A DNA stretch of 64,000 bases from a virus (taxonomy: Duplodnaviria; Caudoviricetes): the IMG/VR virus record IMGVR_UViG_3300027891_000004, positions 1 through 64,000 of that record; one strand, given 5' to 3'. Within the stretch, counting starts at the first letter, position 1; each line of letters begins with the position of its first letter. The notes beneath the pieces are model-generated. The model was not told the origin of the DNA, did no database searches, and saw nothing but the letters and a program-made list of their open reading frames with translations. The position numbers and the translations under genes are program-made. Shown here piece after piece: positions 25,661-34,106 of the stretch.

Positions 25661-25845
25661 TAGTATACCATAAAAGTTTGCTACTGTGTAAAAACCGCGC
25701 ACTAGAGAATTTTTTTCATAAACTTGAGGTTTATGATACACGCGATCCCGCCACGTGGCGGGATCAGGCGTTTGTTTTTCGTTGGTTTGTAGAAAAATTC
25801 TCTAGTGCGCCCGATTTCCAAAGTTTGCGGATTTATGGTATAATG
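25661..25845. promoter_or_regulatory. Divergent promoter pair with 18-bp inverted boxes around palindrome copy 5
   Basis: GCGCACTAGAGAATTTTT (25697-25714) and AAAAATTCTCTAGTGCGC (25793-25810), each followed 25-26 nt later by TGGTATA(A/C)T. Confidence 0.75.
25744..25765. repeat. Dispersed palindrome copy 5 (22-bp form)
   Basis: GATCCCGCCACGTGGCGGGATC. Confidence 0.95.
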
Positions 25846-25899
25846 CGGCGTAAGCTGTACTGCGCCCATAAACTTTAACAATATAAGAATATAAGAATC

Positions 25900-26451
25900 A
25901 TGCAGAAATTAGCCGACATTAGTGTTTTCGAGGGGCTTCAACGCGGCGCGCACGCACAAATGAACATTCCAAGCGAAATGTCTGTTTTTAACGATTACAG
26001 CGAAGCGGAAAAACAAGAGCGCACCGCAAGAATAGAGCAAGAGATAGAAGATATAAAACGGGAAACAAATAAATTATACTATGATGCTCGAAATGCGAGG
26101 CAACAAATGGAAGCCGAAAAGAAAGCGGCATTCTCCGAATTGGGCGCGGTTGCGCAACGGGCTGGATGGGACGAGAACCAAAAGCAGGATTATTGGCGAA
26201 AATACGATGAAATACTGTTACAAGAACACGAGGAAAAATACTTTTGGGCTAACAAAGAAATGAAAGATAGAGCAGATGCGCTTAGAGGCCGCGTAAAAGA
26301 GATACGAGGAAACGACCCTGATGGCCGTTTTGCGATTCCTTGCTTTGCTATTGAGGACAAACTAGACAAATTCGAGATGCAAATAAAATCGACAATGAGC
26401 AAGAAACCAGTAGAAAGAAAGACGCTTAGTAATATGTCGGCGTTTCAATAG
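25900..26451 (+). CDS. Leader-tagged protein, coiled-coil payload
   Basis: MQKLADISVFEGLQRGAHAQMNIPSEMSVFN; the C-terminus also ends SNMSAFQ. Confidence 0.85.
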   Translation: MQKLADISVFEGLQRGAHAQMNIPSEMSVFNDYSEAEKQERTARIEQEIEDIKRETNKLYYDARNARQQMEAEKKAAFSELGAVAQRAGWDENQKQDYWRKYDEILLQEHEEKYFWANKEMKDRADALRGRVKEIRGNDPDGRFAIPCFAIEDKLDKFEMQIKSTMSKKPVERKTLSNMSAFQ

Positions 26452-26758
26452 CCCCTTTTGCAATGCCCGTGCCGCTAAGCAGCCCGTCAAAATAGGCCAC
26501 GTAGTGCATCGAAAAGAATAAAAAATTTAAGTCACTTTTGTGACTTGCCTGATTATGTTCCCAATTGTTGTATCGAGATATTGTATCTTTCCAAAAAACG
26601 GTGCGTTCGTTATGGCTTTTCAAATGACCAACGTCGCGTTGTTCGTATTTCAAGCCTTCTTGCAATTTTCGGCGCCATATCTCCCTTTGCTCTGCGCGGG
26701 TATGGCAATTGTAGACCGCCTTCGTTTTCAAAGCGGTTTCAATAAAATCGGTAGTCAT
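26426..26758 (-). CDS. Hypothetical protein
   Basis: ATG 26758 with AGGAAGG RBS. Confidence 0.6.
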   Translation of the reverse strand: MTTDFIETALKTKAVYNCHTRAEQREIWRRKLQEGLKYEQRDVGHLKSHNERTVFWKDTISRYNNWEHNQASHKSDLNFLFFSMHYVAYFDGLLSGTGIAKGAIETPTYY

Positions 26759-26779
26759 TTGACAGCCTTCCTGTAAAAT

Positions 26780-26795
26780 CCCGCCACGTGGCGGG
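26780..26795. repeat. Dispersed palindrome copy 6
   Basis: CCCGCCACGTGGCGGG, 13 nt past the rpsF stop, followed by ATTTT on the minus strand. Confidence 0.95.
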
Positions 26796-26808
26796 ATCGT
26801 GTGCGGCA

Positions 26809-27237
26809 TCAATCGGATTCCGTATCTCTGTTTTTATATTTCTCTTCCAATTCTTTCATAAGCGGGTCGTTATCCAGGTCGATTTTCTCATCGTCCTCTT
26901 GCGGAGTCGGCTTGTGTTTTTTCGCATGATCGACAAGCGTATCGACCAATTTTGGATCTATTACGATAAACAAGTACCGGAGCACGCACGCCTCGTTTTG
27001 GAACAGGTCCGATACCGCCTTGATCCGTTCGGGATCGCACCGAAAATAGGAAAGCCAGTAAATAGCTCGCAAATGGCCGGGAACTCCGTAATTCAAAGTA
27101 CGTTCGTTCCATAGCGAGCTGTGAAGCATCTCGCCGCCCTCCCGCCCGACCATTTCGGCAAGACGTCCCGAAACGGCGTCCGGATTCTCGTCGTACATCG
27201 ATGCGTCGAGCACAAATAGCCCTTCATAAACGTTCAT
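26809..27237 (-). CDS. rpsF: 30S ribosomal protein bS6, planctomycete type, phage-encoded
   Basis: NVYEGLF.LD...Y..NP..VSG...EM....GGEML.S.LW.ER.L.Y...G.....YWL.YF.........LRYLF...DP.LVD.LV.HA plus acidic tail. Confidence 0.85.
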   Translation of the reverse strand: MNVYEGLFVLDASMYDENPDAVSGRLAEMVGREGGEMLHSSLWNERTLNYGVPGHLRAIYWLSYFRCDPERIKAVSDLFQNEACVLRYLFIVIDPKLVDTLVDHAKKHKPTPQEDDEKIDLDNDPLMKELEEKYKNRDTESD

Positions 27238-27348
27238 GTCGTCAAAATGGTGAAATTTGAAAAATGGAAACGAAGTTTCCTGCCGTTCTGGAATATGCCA
27301 ATAACGGCCATGATAACAAACAGAAAATCAAAAAACAATAGGACAACG

Positions 27349-27687
27349 TTAAGATTCCAAATCAAGATCACTGACCTCCAGACATTTTTCACAGCCGGGA
27401 ACAAAAGTAAGGCAGGCATACGGGCGTGTCGCATAAATGAAGCAACCGTCGTCCGTTAAAAACGGGCAATGCGGCTCCTGATCTAGACGATGGCAATTTC
27501 CGTCATGGGCGACGTAGATTGTCCCGTCCTCATCTTCAAAAAGACCGCATGGGCCTTTTACTCCTTTGAACGGTTTGGACTGCTCCAATAATCGCGGTTC
27601 ACGGATAATGTCCAGACACTCCAGATCAATGATAAACTGACCGCGACAACAATTGCCACAGCGTTTACATGGGTCGTGTTGTTTCAT
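27349..27687 (-). CDS. YkgJ-family Cys-cluster (CxxCxxCC) protein
   Basis: CKRCGNCC...CPFLTDDGCFIYATRPYAC..F. Confidence 0.85.
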   Translation of the reverse strand: MKQHDPCKRCGNCCRGQFIIDLECLDIIREPRLLEQSKPFKGVKGPCGLFEDEDGTIYVAHDGNCHRLDQEPHCPFLTDDGCFIYATRPYACLTFVPGCEKCLEVSDLDLES

Positions 27688-27809
27688 TTGTTTGTTCTTA
27701 CGGATTTTTAATAGCGTTCAAGTTTGTCTACATAATCAATGTAATAACTCAAACTGTAAACGCCTTCGTTGAGAATCGCTCACCGTCGGCTCGCGTTTTA
27801 CCAAAAAAA

Positions 27810-28445
27810 TCACTCGACGGGAATCAGGAGTGCGTTCAATTTTCGGGCAACACCATTGTACCTGGTGCCGTCCGAAAACGATTTGATCCGGTCCGTAGTC
27901 AACATGTTGCGCAAAATCCCTTGCATCTGTTCCACACTCGACAGTCGAAGCACGTCGCGTCCTTTCTGTAATAGTTTGATAAATCCTAGACTATGTCTAT
28001 CATGGGTACATTTGCTTCCATCGTCACATTTCGCACATGCGGCACAGTTATTTTTCACAAGCCGCTCTACGCAGTCAAACATCTCCGGTGCGGCAAGGAT
28101 AAGTCGTATGTTTTCTTCAACGTTGTTACTTAGAGCCGTAGCAGCAATCCAGTTTCTGTTTGCGTCATAAACATCGTGGGCATCGTGTTCGCTCGTGCCT
28201 TTTTTCCACGGACCCGGCGAGAATGTTTTCTCCGGCTTCTCCGTTTTAGTGAAGTCCATCAATTTTGTAACGTGTGCTTCAAGGACCGTAATACGTTCAT
28301 CCAACGCCTCCCATATACTTTCTATAAGCTCTATAGGACCATTATCTGGTTGAGGTTTGAAAATATCTTCACGTATCGGTGGGTCATTAGGTATACCGGC
28401 ATTTTTGTAATTATCTGATATTCTATCTGACATTCGAGTTGGCAT
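27810..28445 (-). CDS. Phage protein with PGPW...N.RLI.AAPE domain
   Basis: FSPGPWK...EENIRLILAAPEM. Confidence 0.7.
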   Translation of the reverse strand: MPTRMSDRISDNYKNAGIPNDPPIREDIFKPQPDNGPIELIESIWEALDERITVLEAHVTKLMDFTKTEKPEKTFSPGPWKKGTSEHDAHDVYDANRNWIAATALSNNVEENIRLILAAPEMFDCVERLVKNNCAACAKCDDGSKCTHDRHSLGFIKLLQKGRDVLRLSSVEQMQGILRNMLTTDRIKSFSDGTRYNGVARKLNALLIPVE

Positions 28446-28464
28446 TATATCTGCTCCTTTAGTT

Positions 28465-28815
28465 CTAGCGTTGTTCTTTGTAATATTTAGGAAAATCTGG
28501 ATCGAGATATTTAGCGATGGTATACGCATGACACCTCTTAAATGGGACAGGATCATTGGATGGAAAGTTTACGCACCAACACCCCAGCGCTACAGAATAC
28601 CCAGCTTCCAGCATCTTAACCATAGATGCCAATAGTCGCCTGGCCATCTCATCGGTTTCTCGTCTGCCTACAAGCATGGCTTCAAACCATGCCTCGTATT
28701 TATCACAGGCATAATCTCTGTCAGACTCAGTTTTCATAATATACGGATTGCCAAGTGGACCAAAACGGTCCACCCGGACAAAGTACTCTCGATTTTGCTC
28801 TTTATAGTTGTGCAA
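28465..28815 (-). CDS. DUF4326 domain protein
   Basis: RVDR..PLGNPY.M..E.DRD.ACDKYE.W...LGCWC......P.K.CHA..I. Confidence 0.85.
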   Translation of the reverse strand: MHNYKEQNREYFVRVDRFGPLGNPYIMKTESDRDYACDKYEAWFEAMLVGRRETDEMARRLLASMVKMLEAGYSVALGCWCVNFPSNDPVPFKRCHAYTIAKYLDPDFPKYYKEQR

Positions 28816-29407
28816 AACAACTATTTTTATTTTTCACATCTTCTCCATTGATTTTACATAGTAATGCTTTTGCTTTTACTGCACACAGTCTCTCAGTCCA
28901 GGAAGTATAAATGTCGTCCTTCCAGTACTGCACGATGTCGTTGATAAAATCAAGCATATCAGGTGCTGCAAGGAGGAGACGTGTCAGAGATTCTGTGTCA
29001 ACCCTGTGTTCGCTAATGCGAGCAACGATACTACCAGTTTGATCGAAAATGAGATTCGACGTGGCAGGTGTATCGCCTCTATGCAAAAGTATGGTGGATG
29101 GAGTTTTCCCCTTCGGTTGCTTAGATTTTTCAGTACTGCTCGTTGGTTCAGTAGGGCCAGGCTTAAAATACTTATCAACACACCGCCGATGTGCCCGCCT
29201 CATTGCATTTTCCTTACCTATACATTGTGTAGACATATCATCGTCAAGGAAAAACACACCGGCCCCGCCTCCAGAGATGGAGTAAACAACTTCGCCATTC
29301 GGCTTGTGCAAATAATGCCTTCTGGTTATGTCGTACCAGCTACAACTCTCGAGAAAATCAATCTGTTCCTGAGTGTACCCTTCGTAATTTTCAAATTTAT
29401 GTTTCAT
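28802..29407 (-). CDS. Hypothetical protein with C-terminal RLL.AAPDML domain
   Basis: IFDQTG.IVA...RLLLAAPDMLD. Confidence 0.7.
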   Translation of the reverse strand: MKHKFENYEGYTQEQIDFLESCSWYDITRRHYLHKPNGEVVYSISGGGAGVFFLDDDMSTQCIGKENAMRRAHRRCVDKYFKPGPTEPTSSTEKSKQPKGKTPSTILLHRGDTPATSNLIFDQTGSIVARISEHRVDTESLTRLLLAAPDMLDFINDIVQYWKDDIYTSWTERLCAVKAKALLCKINGEDVKNKNSCFAQL

Positions 29408-29409
29408 GT

Positions 29410-29595
29410 TTAATTAGTGGTTAAGTGTTTTTCAAGCAAAGTGTCAAGTTTCTGTTCTATACGATCCAGTCGATCTTCACGAATGTTCCCGCCATTGATA
29501 TAAGCACTTACACAAATAAAAACCAAGCATACAAAAGTAATTACTCCGAACATTGTAACAAACGCTTTGACTACAATTGTAAATCCATTGTCCAT
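29410..29595 (-). CDS. Small membrane protein
   Basis: One TM plus RLDRIEQKLD; AAGGAG RBS. Confidence 0.65.
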   Translation of the reverse strand: MDNGFTIVVKAFVTMFGVITFVCLVFICVSAYINGGNIREDRLDRIEQKLDTLLEKHLTTN

Positions 29596-29789
29596 TATTT
29601 TTCTCCTTAATTGAAAACTCAAATTTGTCCCACAGTGCGTTCGTCAACTTAGTCGTCTGCTCAGGAGTGAGACTGGGAGTAACACTCTTCAATAAATAAG
29701 AAATGTCTCTTTTGTATATTGGAATTCCCGACAATTCGTTGATAGGAATCTCCTGTATATAACCGCTCGTCACTTGCGTTTGTGGCAGA

Positions 29790-30050
29790 TTATATTCTGC
29801 CGTCTGCCAAAGCCGCTTCTTCCTTAGGCGGCACTAATGTCTCCAATACCACCTGCTCAAAGTTAGCTTTCTCGTTTAATTTAAAATGCAGCGTTGACTT
29901 TGGAAGCTCAATGCGTAACTGACCCGGAAAACCTTCCGGTGCGTAAATAGCATGTATTTCCGAGCGTTTAACTACAGCATGTACCTTGCCATCCTTATGG
30001 AAGATAGCATAGTCGTCTCCTATCGCGTTTTGTAATTCAATGTGTGTCAT
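29790..30050 (-). CDS. Hypothetical protein
   Basis: ATGA-coupled ORF in operon. Confidence 0.65.
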   Translation of the reverse strand: MTHIELQNAIGDDYAIFHKDGKVHAVVKRSEIHAIYAPEGFPGQLRIELPKSTLHFKLNEKANFEQVVLETLVPPKEEAALADGRI

Positions 30051-30298
30051 TTCTTAATTATGGTTAAAAGGTCTTTGCATGTCATTCTCCAACCGATCTC
30101 ACGACCGTTCATCCTGAACGTCAAACCGTTTAGTAGCGTAACCAAGCCATTATCCTTTAGGATACAAATATGCGGAGGCTTCGGCTTGGTAGCGAGGTTG
30201 TACCTGATGTACAAATTGACGTCGTCCTCTTTATGGAAATCAAAAGCGGGACTATCTGCCAGAACATCTAAAACAGATTCAATGTCCGGTAACATCAT
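30047..30298 (-). CDS. Hypothetical protein
   Basis: ORF in operon. Confidence 0.6.
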   Translation of the reverse strand: MMLPDIESVLDVLADSPAFDFHKEDDVNLYIRYNLATKPKPPHICILKDNGLVTLLNGLTFRMNGREIGWRMTCKDLLTIIKK

Positions 30299-30326
30299 TT
30301 AATCATTTACAATCCAGGAATCGCAG

Positions 30327-30548
30327 TTATTTCTGTGACCATAACAAGTCACAAATTCTTGAGCAGAACAAAATCGTTGGTGACCGGGATCGTCCTCGCT
30401 TTCGCGACCAGTGCATCTTAATATCCCAATCTCCTTTCTTATTTGGTGTCCATTCAAGTGTAATATCCGGCTCCAATGAAAGCGAATCACCTTCTGGATT
30501 GCTTTTGATGCGGGATACAATGTCATCTGTGGTAACTTGGTTTTGCAT
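30327..30548 (-). CDS. Hypothetical protein
   Basis: ORF in operon; the alternative frame 30299..30526 suggests a possible frameshift. Confidence 0.45.
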   Translation of the reverse strand: MQNQVTTDDIVSRIKSNPEGDSLSLEPDITLEWTPNKKGDWDIKMHWSRKRGRSRSPTILFCSRICDLLWSQK

Positions 30549-30569
30549 TCGTTGTTTATTTTTTATATT

Positions 30570-30845
30570 TCAATCCGGATAAAAAGTTAATCGGTCTTTG
30601 TCCGCCTCGTATTTACAATTGCCCGTTAGCCAGTTCCAACGGGTCAGCCAAATCCATCGCTGCCTGGCCAGCCACGTATAATCTATCGGAGACCAGTCAT
30701 ATCCGTATACAACTCTCTGAATGTATCCGACATCGCCTAACCTGCGTAACAGCGTAAATTCACGGAGCATAACAGACTGTATTCTTATCAGACGCAAAAG
30801 ATACAGCGTGTGTGTCAGCACTACAAGCAAAATGACATAAATCAT
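30570..30845 (-). CDS. Small membrane-anchored protein
   Basis: ATG 30845 with AAGGAG upstream; N-terminal TM; Trp-rich. Confidence 0.6.
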   Translation of the reverse strand: MIYVILLVVLTHTLYLLRLIRIQSVMLREFTLLRRLGDVGYIQRVVYGYDWSPIDYTWLARQRWIWLTRWNWLTGNCKYEADKDRLTFYPD

Positions 30846-30861
30846 TCTTTCTTTCTCCTTA

Positions 30862-31563
30862 TTATGTGACGGCGACGAATTCACCATTGACAAGTTTGTA
30901 CGTAACGCCCGCTTCAACATCCTTGCCAACAATGCCACATTTGATGTTAATAATGTTCCAATGTTCGTCACGTTCGACAAGGACAATAGCACTCCCCGGC
31001 TTGGTTGCCCTCGCGGTACAATCCGGGCCCGTCGCTACCGCTACTGAATTTTCTCCTTCGACAATCGCAATCGAGTCTTTACCGTTTACAGCGGCAATGC
31101 TCCAATCCCCGGTGTTGCTTGAAATGCCACAATCCCCGGTGTTGCCTGAAATGCCACAATCCCCGGTGTTGCTTGAACTGCTATAACGCAAGGTGTTGCT
31201 TGAAATGCTCCAATCCCCGGTGTTGTGGTCTTTATTTTCTACCGTATTTTCTTGCGTATATTTCACGGCGGCTTCGCATAATTCGTTTATTGTCAATTCA
31301 CGGATAATGCGCATCTTTGACGCCACCGTTTTTGTATCGTCGCTTTCTATCCTGCCCGACAATTCCACTTCGCAATATCTGGATGTCGCGGACGGGTAGA
31401 ATTCAAAAATATCATTTGGATATTTGCACGCATGGAAACCCGATTCGCATACTCTCAAATCCCCGTCATGTTTGTATTCCTTTCCAACTTCGTATTGGAA
31501 TCCTTTACAGCAAAGGTTCATATCAAAACCCTTGTACGCAATGATCTTCTTTTCGTCTGGCAT
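30862..31563 (-). CDS. Conserved phage protein (AYKGFD...CKGFQYEVGK...GFHAC, DUF7666-like) with NTG repeats
   Basis: Signature N-terminal domain plus NTGDxxxS repeats; AGGAG RBS. Confidence 0.85.
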   Translation of the reverse strand: MPDEKKIIAYKGFDMNLCCKGFQYEVGKEYKHDGDLRVCESGFHACKYPNDIFEFYPSATSRYCEVELSGRIESDDTKTVASKMRIIRELTINELCEAAVKYTQENTVENKDHNTGDWSISSNTLRYSSSSNTGDCGISGNTGDCGISSNTGDWSIAAVNGKDSIAIVEGENSVAVATGPDCTARATKPGSAIVLVERDEHWNIINIKCGIVGKDVEAGVTYKLVNGEFVAVT

Positions 31564-31575
31564 GGTAATAATCTC

Positions 31576-32031
31576 CTATTTCAAAGTACAAACAACAATA
31601 TCAAATTTCGGAAGCAAAATTTCCTGAATCATCGTTTCGATGATCCGCCAGTTGCCGCCAGCGATCCCTGCCCCAATTTTCGGCATAACAATCCGACAAG
31701 GAGCACAATGCGTGACTACTTTCTCGAAACAAATACATAACGCATCGTAGCTCAATGCTCTTCGTCGGTTTATAGACGGGAACCCGTCTTGGGCGATCAG
31801 ATTAACTACCATAGGGTTGCCGTACCCGTTATGAACCAGTTGAATCGTTCCAAGCGACCCAAAACCGGTATACTCTTCCATGTACACCTCTCGTGTTCTC
31901 GGATACCTTTCTGCAAGGGGGATTACAAAGCCTGCACCCCAACCGCCTTGATTATTACAAACATGAAGGATCGTATCGCCGCATGTTACAAACTCAAACA
32001 AATCGCCTTTATGGTATCGAAGCTCGTTCAT
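31576..32031 (-). CDS. Macro domain protein (ADP-ribose processing, TARG1/DarG-like class)
   Basis: KGDLF...ILHVCNNQGGWGAGF...L..RYP...VVNLIAQ...Y.AL..C...MPKIGAGIAGGNW..IE..I. Confidence 0.9.
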   Translation of the reverse strand: MNELRYHKGDLFEFVTCGDTILHVCNNQGGWGAGFVIPLAERYPRTREVYMEEYTGFGSLGTIQLVHNGYGNPMVVNLIAQDGFPSINRRRALSYDALCICFEKVVTHCAPCRIVMPKIGAGIAGGNWRIIETMIQEILLPKFDIVVCTLK

Positions 32032-32033
32032 GT

Positions 32034-32222
32034 TTACATAGTTCCTTTTTTACGAAAGTACAGCCAAATTACGCCGGAGCCGGAAAAACAAGTCATTACA
32101 ATAGCAGCAGTAGGCGGCGTAGTTACCGCTAGAAAAAGCATCCCCAAAAGGAATAAGAGGGCTAACACAAGTGCACCTAAAACGACCGCAAAAAGAGCTA
32201 CTTTATCCAAAATCTCAAACAT
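32034..32222 (-). CDS. Small two-TM membrane protein
   Basis: ATG 32222 with GGGAG RBS; two hydrophobic helices. Confidence 0.65.
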   Translation of the reverse strand: MFEILDKVALFAVVLGALVLALLFLLGMLFLAVTTPPTAAIVMTCFSGSGVIWLYFRKKGTM

Positions 32223-32227
32223 CAAAA

Positions 32228-32557
32228 TTATCTCCCAAACAAAGTTTGTAAAATGAAATCTTCGCCGTCCGACGCTCCACCGCCCTGTCGGGCGGCCTCC
32301 ACATATTGCGTAAATGGGGTTAGCCACCCGACCGTTTCGGCAAGAAATGTTATCATCGCCTGCTTTATCCGACCGTTACATTCCTCCGAAATCTCCAAAA
32401 ATTCCGAAGTATACATGCCATCATCGTCTGGACCGTAATAATCCGTCGCCTGCTTCAATGCCTCGGTTTGTTCTTTAACAACGTCCATAAGAAAATGAAG
32501 CTGTTTTGCAAATACCGTGTCTGTATCACGGTTGTTTCGCATCTTATATTCAAACAT
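32228..32557 (-). CDS. Hypothetical protein
   Basis: 109-aa ORF with AGGA RBS. Confidence 0.7.
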   Translation of the reverse strand: MFEYKMRNNRDTDTVFAKQLHFLMDVVKEQTEALKQATDYYGPDDDGMYTSEFLEISEECNGRIKQAMITFLAETVGWLTPFTQYVEAARQGGGASDGEDFILQTLFGR

Positions 32558-32585
32558 GAGTTTTATCCTGTGAAAAAATAATTCT

Positions 32586-32652
32586 CCGGCATAGTGAATG
32601 CTATGGGAAAGGGATTTAAAATCCCTAGCGTCTGCCGTTCCGCCACTCCAGC
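32586..32652 (-). pseudogene. Truncated tRNA-Leu-like gene, anticodon reads UUA
   Basis: GCTGGAG-TG-GCGGAACGGCAGACGC-T-AGGGA-TTTTAAA-TCCCT, long variable arm, GCCGG, then no TTC loop and no 3' acceptor strand. Confidence 0.75.
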
Positions 32653-32712
32653 ATGTTTATATGCCATTATGACGCTACTTGTTCATAACAATTCACCGTT
32701 TTTATGGTTCCC

Positions 32713-32939
32713 CACCAGAATCTGTGGGTAAAAAATAGGTTTTTTGAGGTATGTGGAACAGAAAAGTAGATAATGGACCTTGAAAGTAAAGTATTTCAGT
32801 CACGTTGTATCGAAATAGTACATCTGGAAATATCTGTCAAATTTGAACCTCACTTTCTCGGCCACAAAAACAGTTGTAGGTATTTGATACAAAAGCAGTT
32901 AGCTTCATTTTACTAAAAAACCACCCACAGATGTTGGTG
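32713..32939. other. att-like non-coding region with 17-bp inverted repeats
   Basis: CACCAGAATCTGTGGGT (32713-29) matches the reverse complement of 32923-39 at 15/17; IHF-like AT tract near 32878-32902. Confidence 0.45.
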
Positions 32940-33002
32940 AGGAGGCGATTTTATTAACCACCGATGGGCCGTGTATGTCCGCGACACAAACACATCTCAA
33001 GC

Positions 33003-33257
33003 TCATTGCATCTCCTTTTCAAGGATCTCAACCTGTATCCATTGATCTGAATACTCGTTCCACGCATTGAATAAACCGTCAACGTTTCTAACCTCCCACT
33101 CGTCGTCAGCGTCAATACCATTTGCTTCGAGTTCACCCGCGACTACATGCCCGAATCGTTCTCTGGCAGACTCCAACGAGGTGTGTACCGAATCAATGTA
33201 ATGGCCGGGATCAGTATGTCTTAGGTCCCAACTTTGTACAATCGCATAAACTCTCAT
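33003..33257 (-). CDS. Hypothetical protein
   Basis: ATGA-coupled ORF. Confidence 0.7.
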   Translation of the reverse strand: MRVYAIVQSWDLRHTDPGHYIDSVHTSLESARERFGHVVAGELEANGIDADDEWEVRNVDGLFNAWNEYSDQWIQVEILEKEMQ

Positions 33258-33544
33258 GTTCGTATCCCCAATTGTTGTAAAAAATGTTTATTCTTCACCT
33301 CGCGATTAGCCTCTTCAACGACTTCTTCAATTGTTTTGCACGCTTTTGTATTACCGGTTACGCGAGACATAACGCCCACATAGTAGCCCTTGTACGGGCC
33401 GTCTTCCGCTTCGTATATATTGCACATAAAACGCACACCACCACTGCCGGAAAACGGAACGGTTTTCACACTTTTTGACGTACAAAAGGCAGGTTCCCGC
33501 TCTTCCCGTCGTTCAATCTGTTTCTTTTTTCTTGGCATAATCAC
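33254..33544 (-). CDS. Hypothetical protein
   Basis: Coupled ORF. Confidence 0.65.
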   Translation of the reverse strand: MIMPRKKKQIERREEREPAFCTSKSVKTVPFSGSGGVRFMCNIYEAEDGPYKGYYVGVMSRVTGNTKACKTIEEVVEEANREVKNKHFLQQLGIRT

Positions 33545-33822
33545 GCTCGCTTGTTGTTGGTATTGGTTAAACCAGTCGGGGTATCGTATTTATGGGGCAC
33601 ACGACATATCTTTCCTTCTTCCGGTTCACAATCAGGATGACATTCATCCTTAGATACACCGTCACAAATTTCCCTCTTCGCCAATTGACAATCTTGATTA
33701 AGTTCGTCGCACGGACAGTCCGCGTCACATCCGCAATTGAATTCGGAATTGTACAATGCTTCTACGCCCAAGAACTCAATTGCCCAATGTAACAAGTCTC
33801 CTACGTCGTTAAGTTTTTTCAT
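33541..33822 (-). CDS. Cys-rich hypothetical phage protein
   Basis: G.EALYN....CGC...CPC...C motif. Confidence 0.7.
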   Translation of the reverse strand: MKKLNDVGDLLHWAIEFLGVEALYNSEFNCGCDADCPCDELNQDCQLAKREICDGVSKDECHPDCEPEEGKICRVPHKYDTPTGLTNTNNKRA

Positions 33823-33836
33823 AGCTTTCTTTTCAA

Positions 33837-34106
33837 TTAGTGTGTATTGATATTACAAATTACCTCGACAACTTCACCGTCAATGGGCCAGTTACTTTTA
33901 ATGTTGTACGAAAAGCCGCCTAGCATCCAGTCCTTATATACTTCCTCATCGACGTTGTAATCAGTAGTAACAGCGTCAACCGATCTGTCATAGAGGGACC
34001 GAAGTGCTTCTTCTTTCGTAGAACAGCATTCTGACTCATAGATAAGAGCATTCCAGTCCTCGTCAACACAATAATTAAGCCTTGCTTGATAGAGACGTAC
34101 TTTCAT
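33837..34106 (-). CDS. Hypothetical protein
   Basis: ATGA-coupled ORF. Confidence 0.7.
   Translation of the reverse strand: MKVRLYQARLNYCVDEDWNALIYESECCSTKEEALRSLYDRSVDAVTTDYNVDEEVYKDWMLGGFSYNIKSNWPIDGEVVEVICNINTH

Noticed and set aside
9530-31101. Repeat pair as DGR template and variable regions
   Set aside because: Mismatches are not adenine-specific, many are synonymous, and no reverse transcriptase is present in the window.
32586-32652. Functional suppressor tRNA implying stop-codon reassignment
   Set aside because: The gene lacks a T-loop and 3' acceptor strand; standard code gives dense, long ORFs, many ending in TAA.
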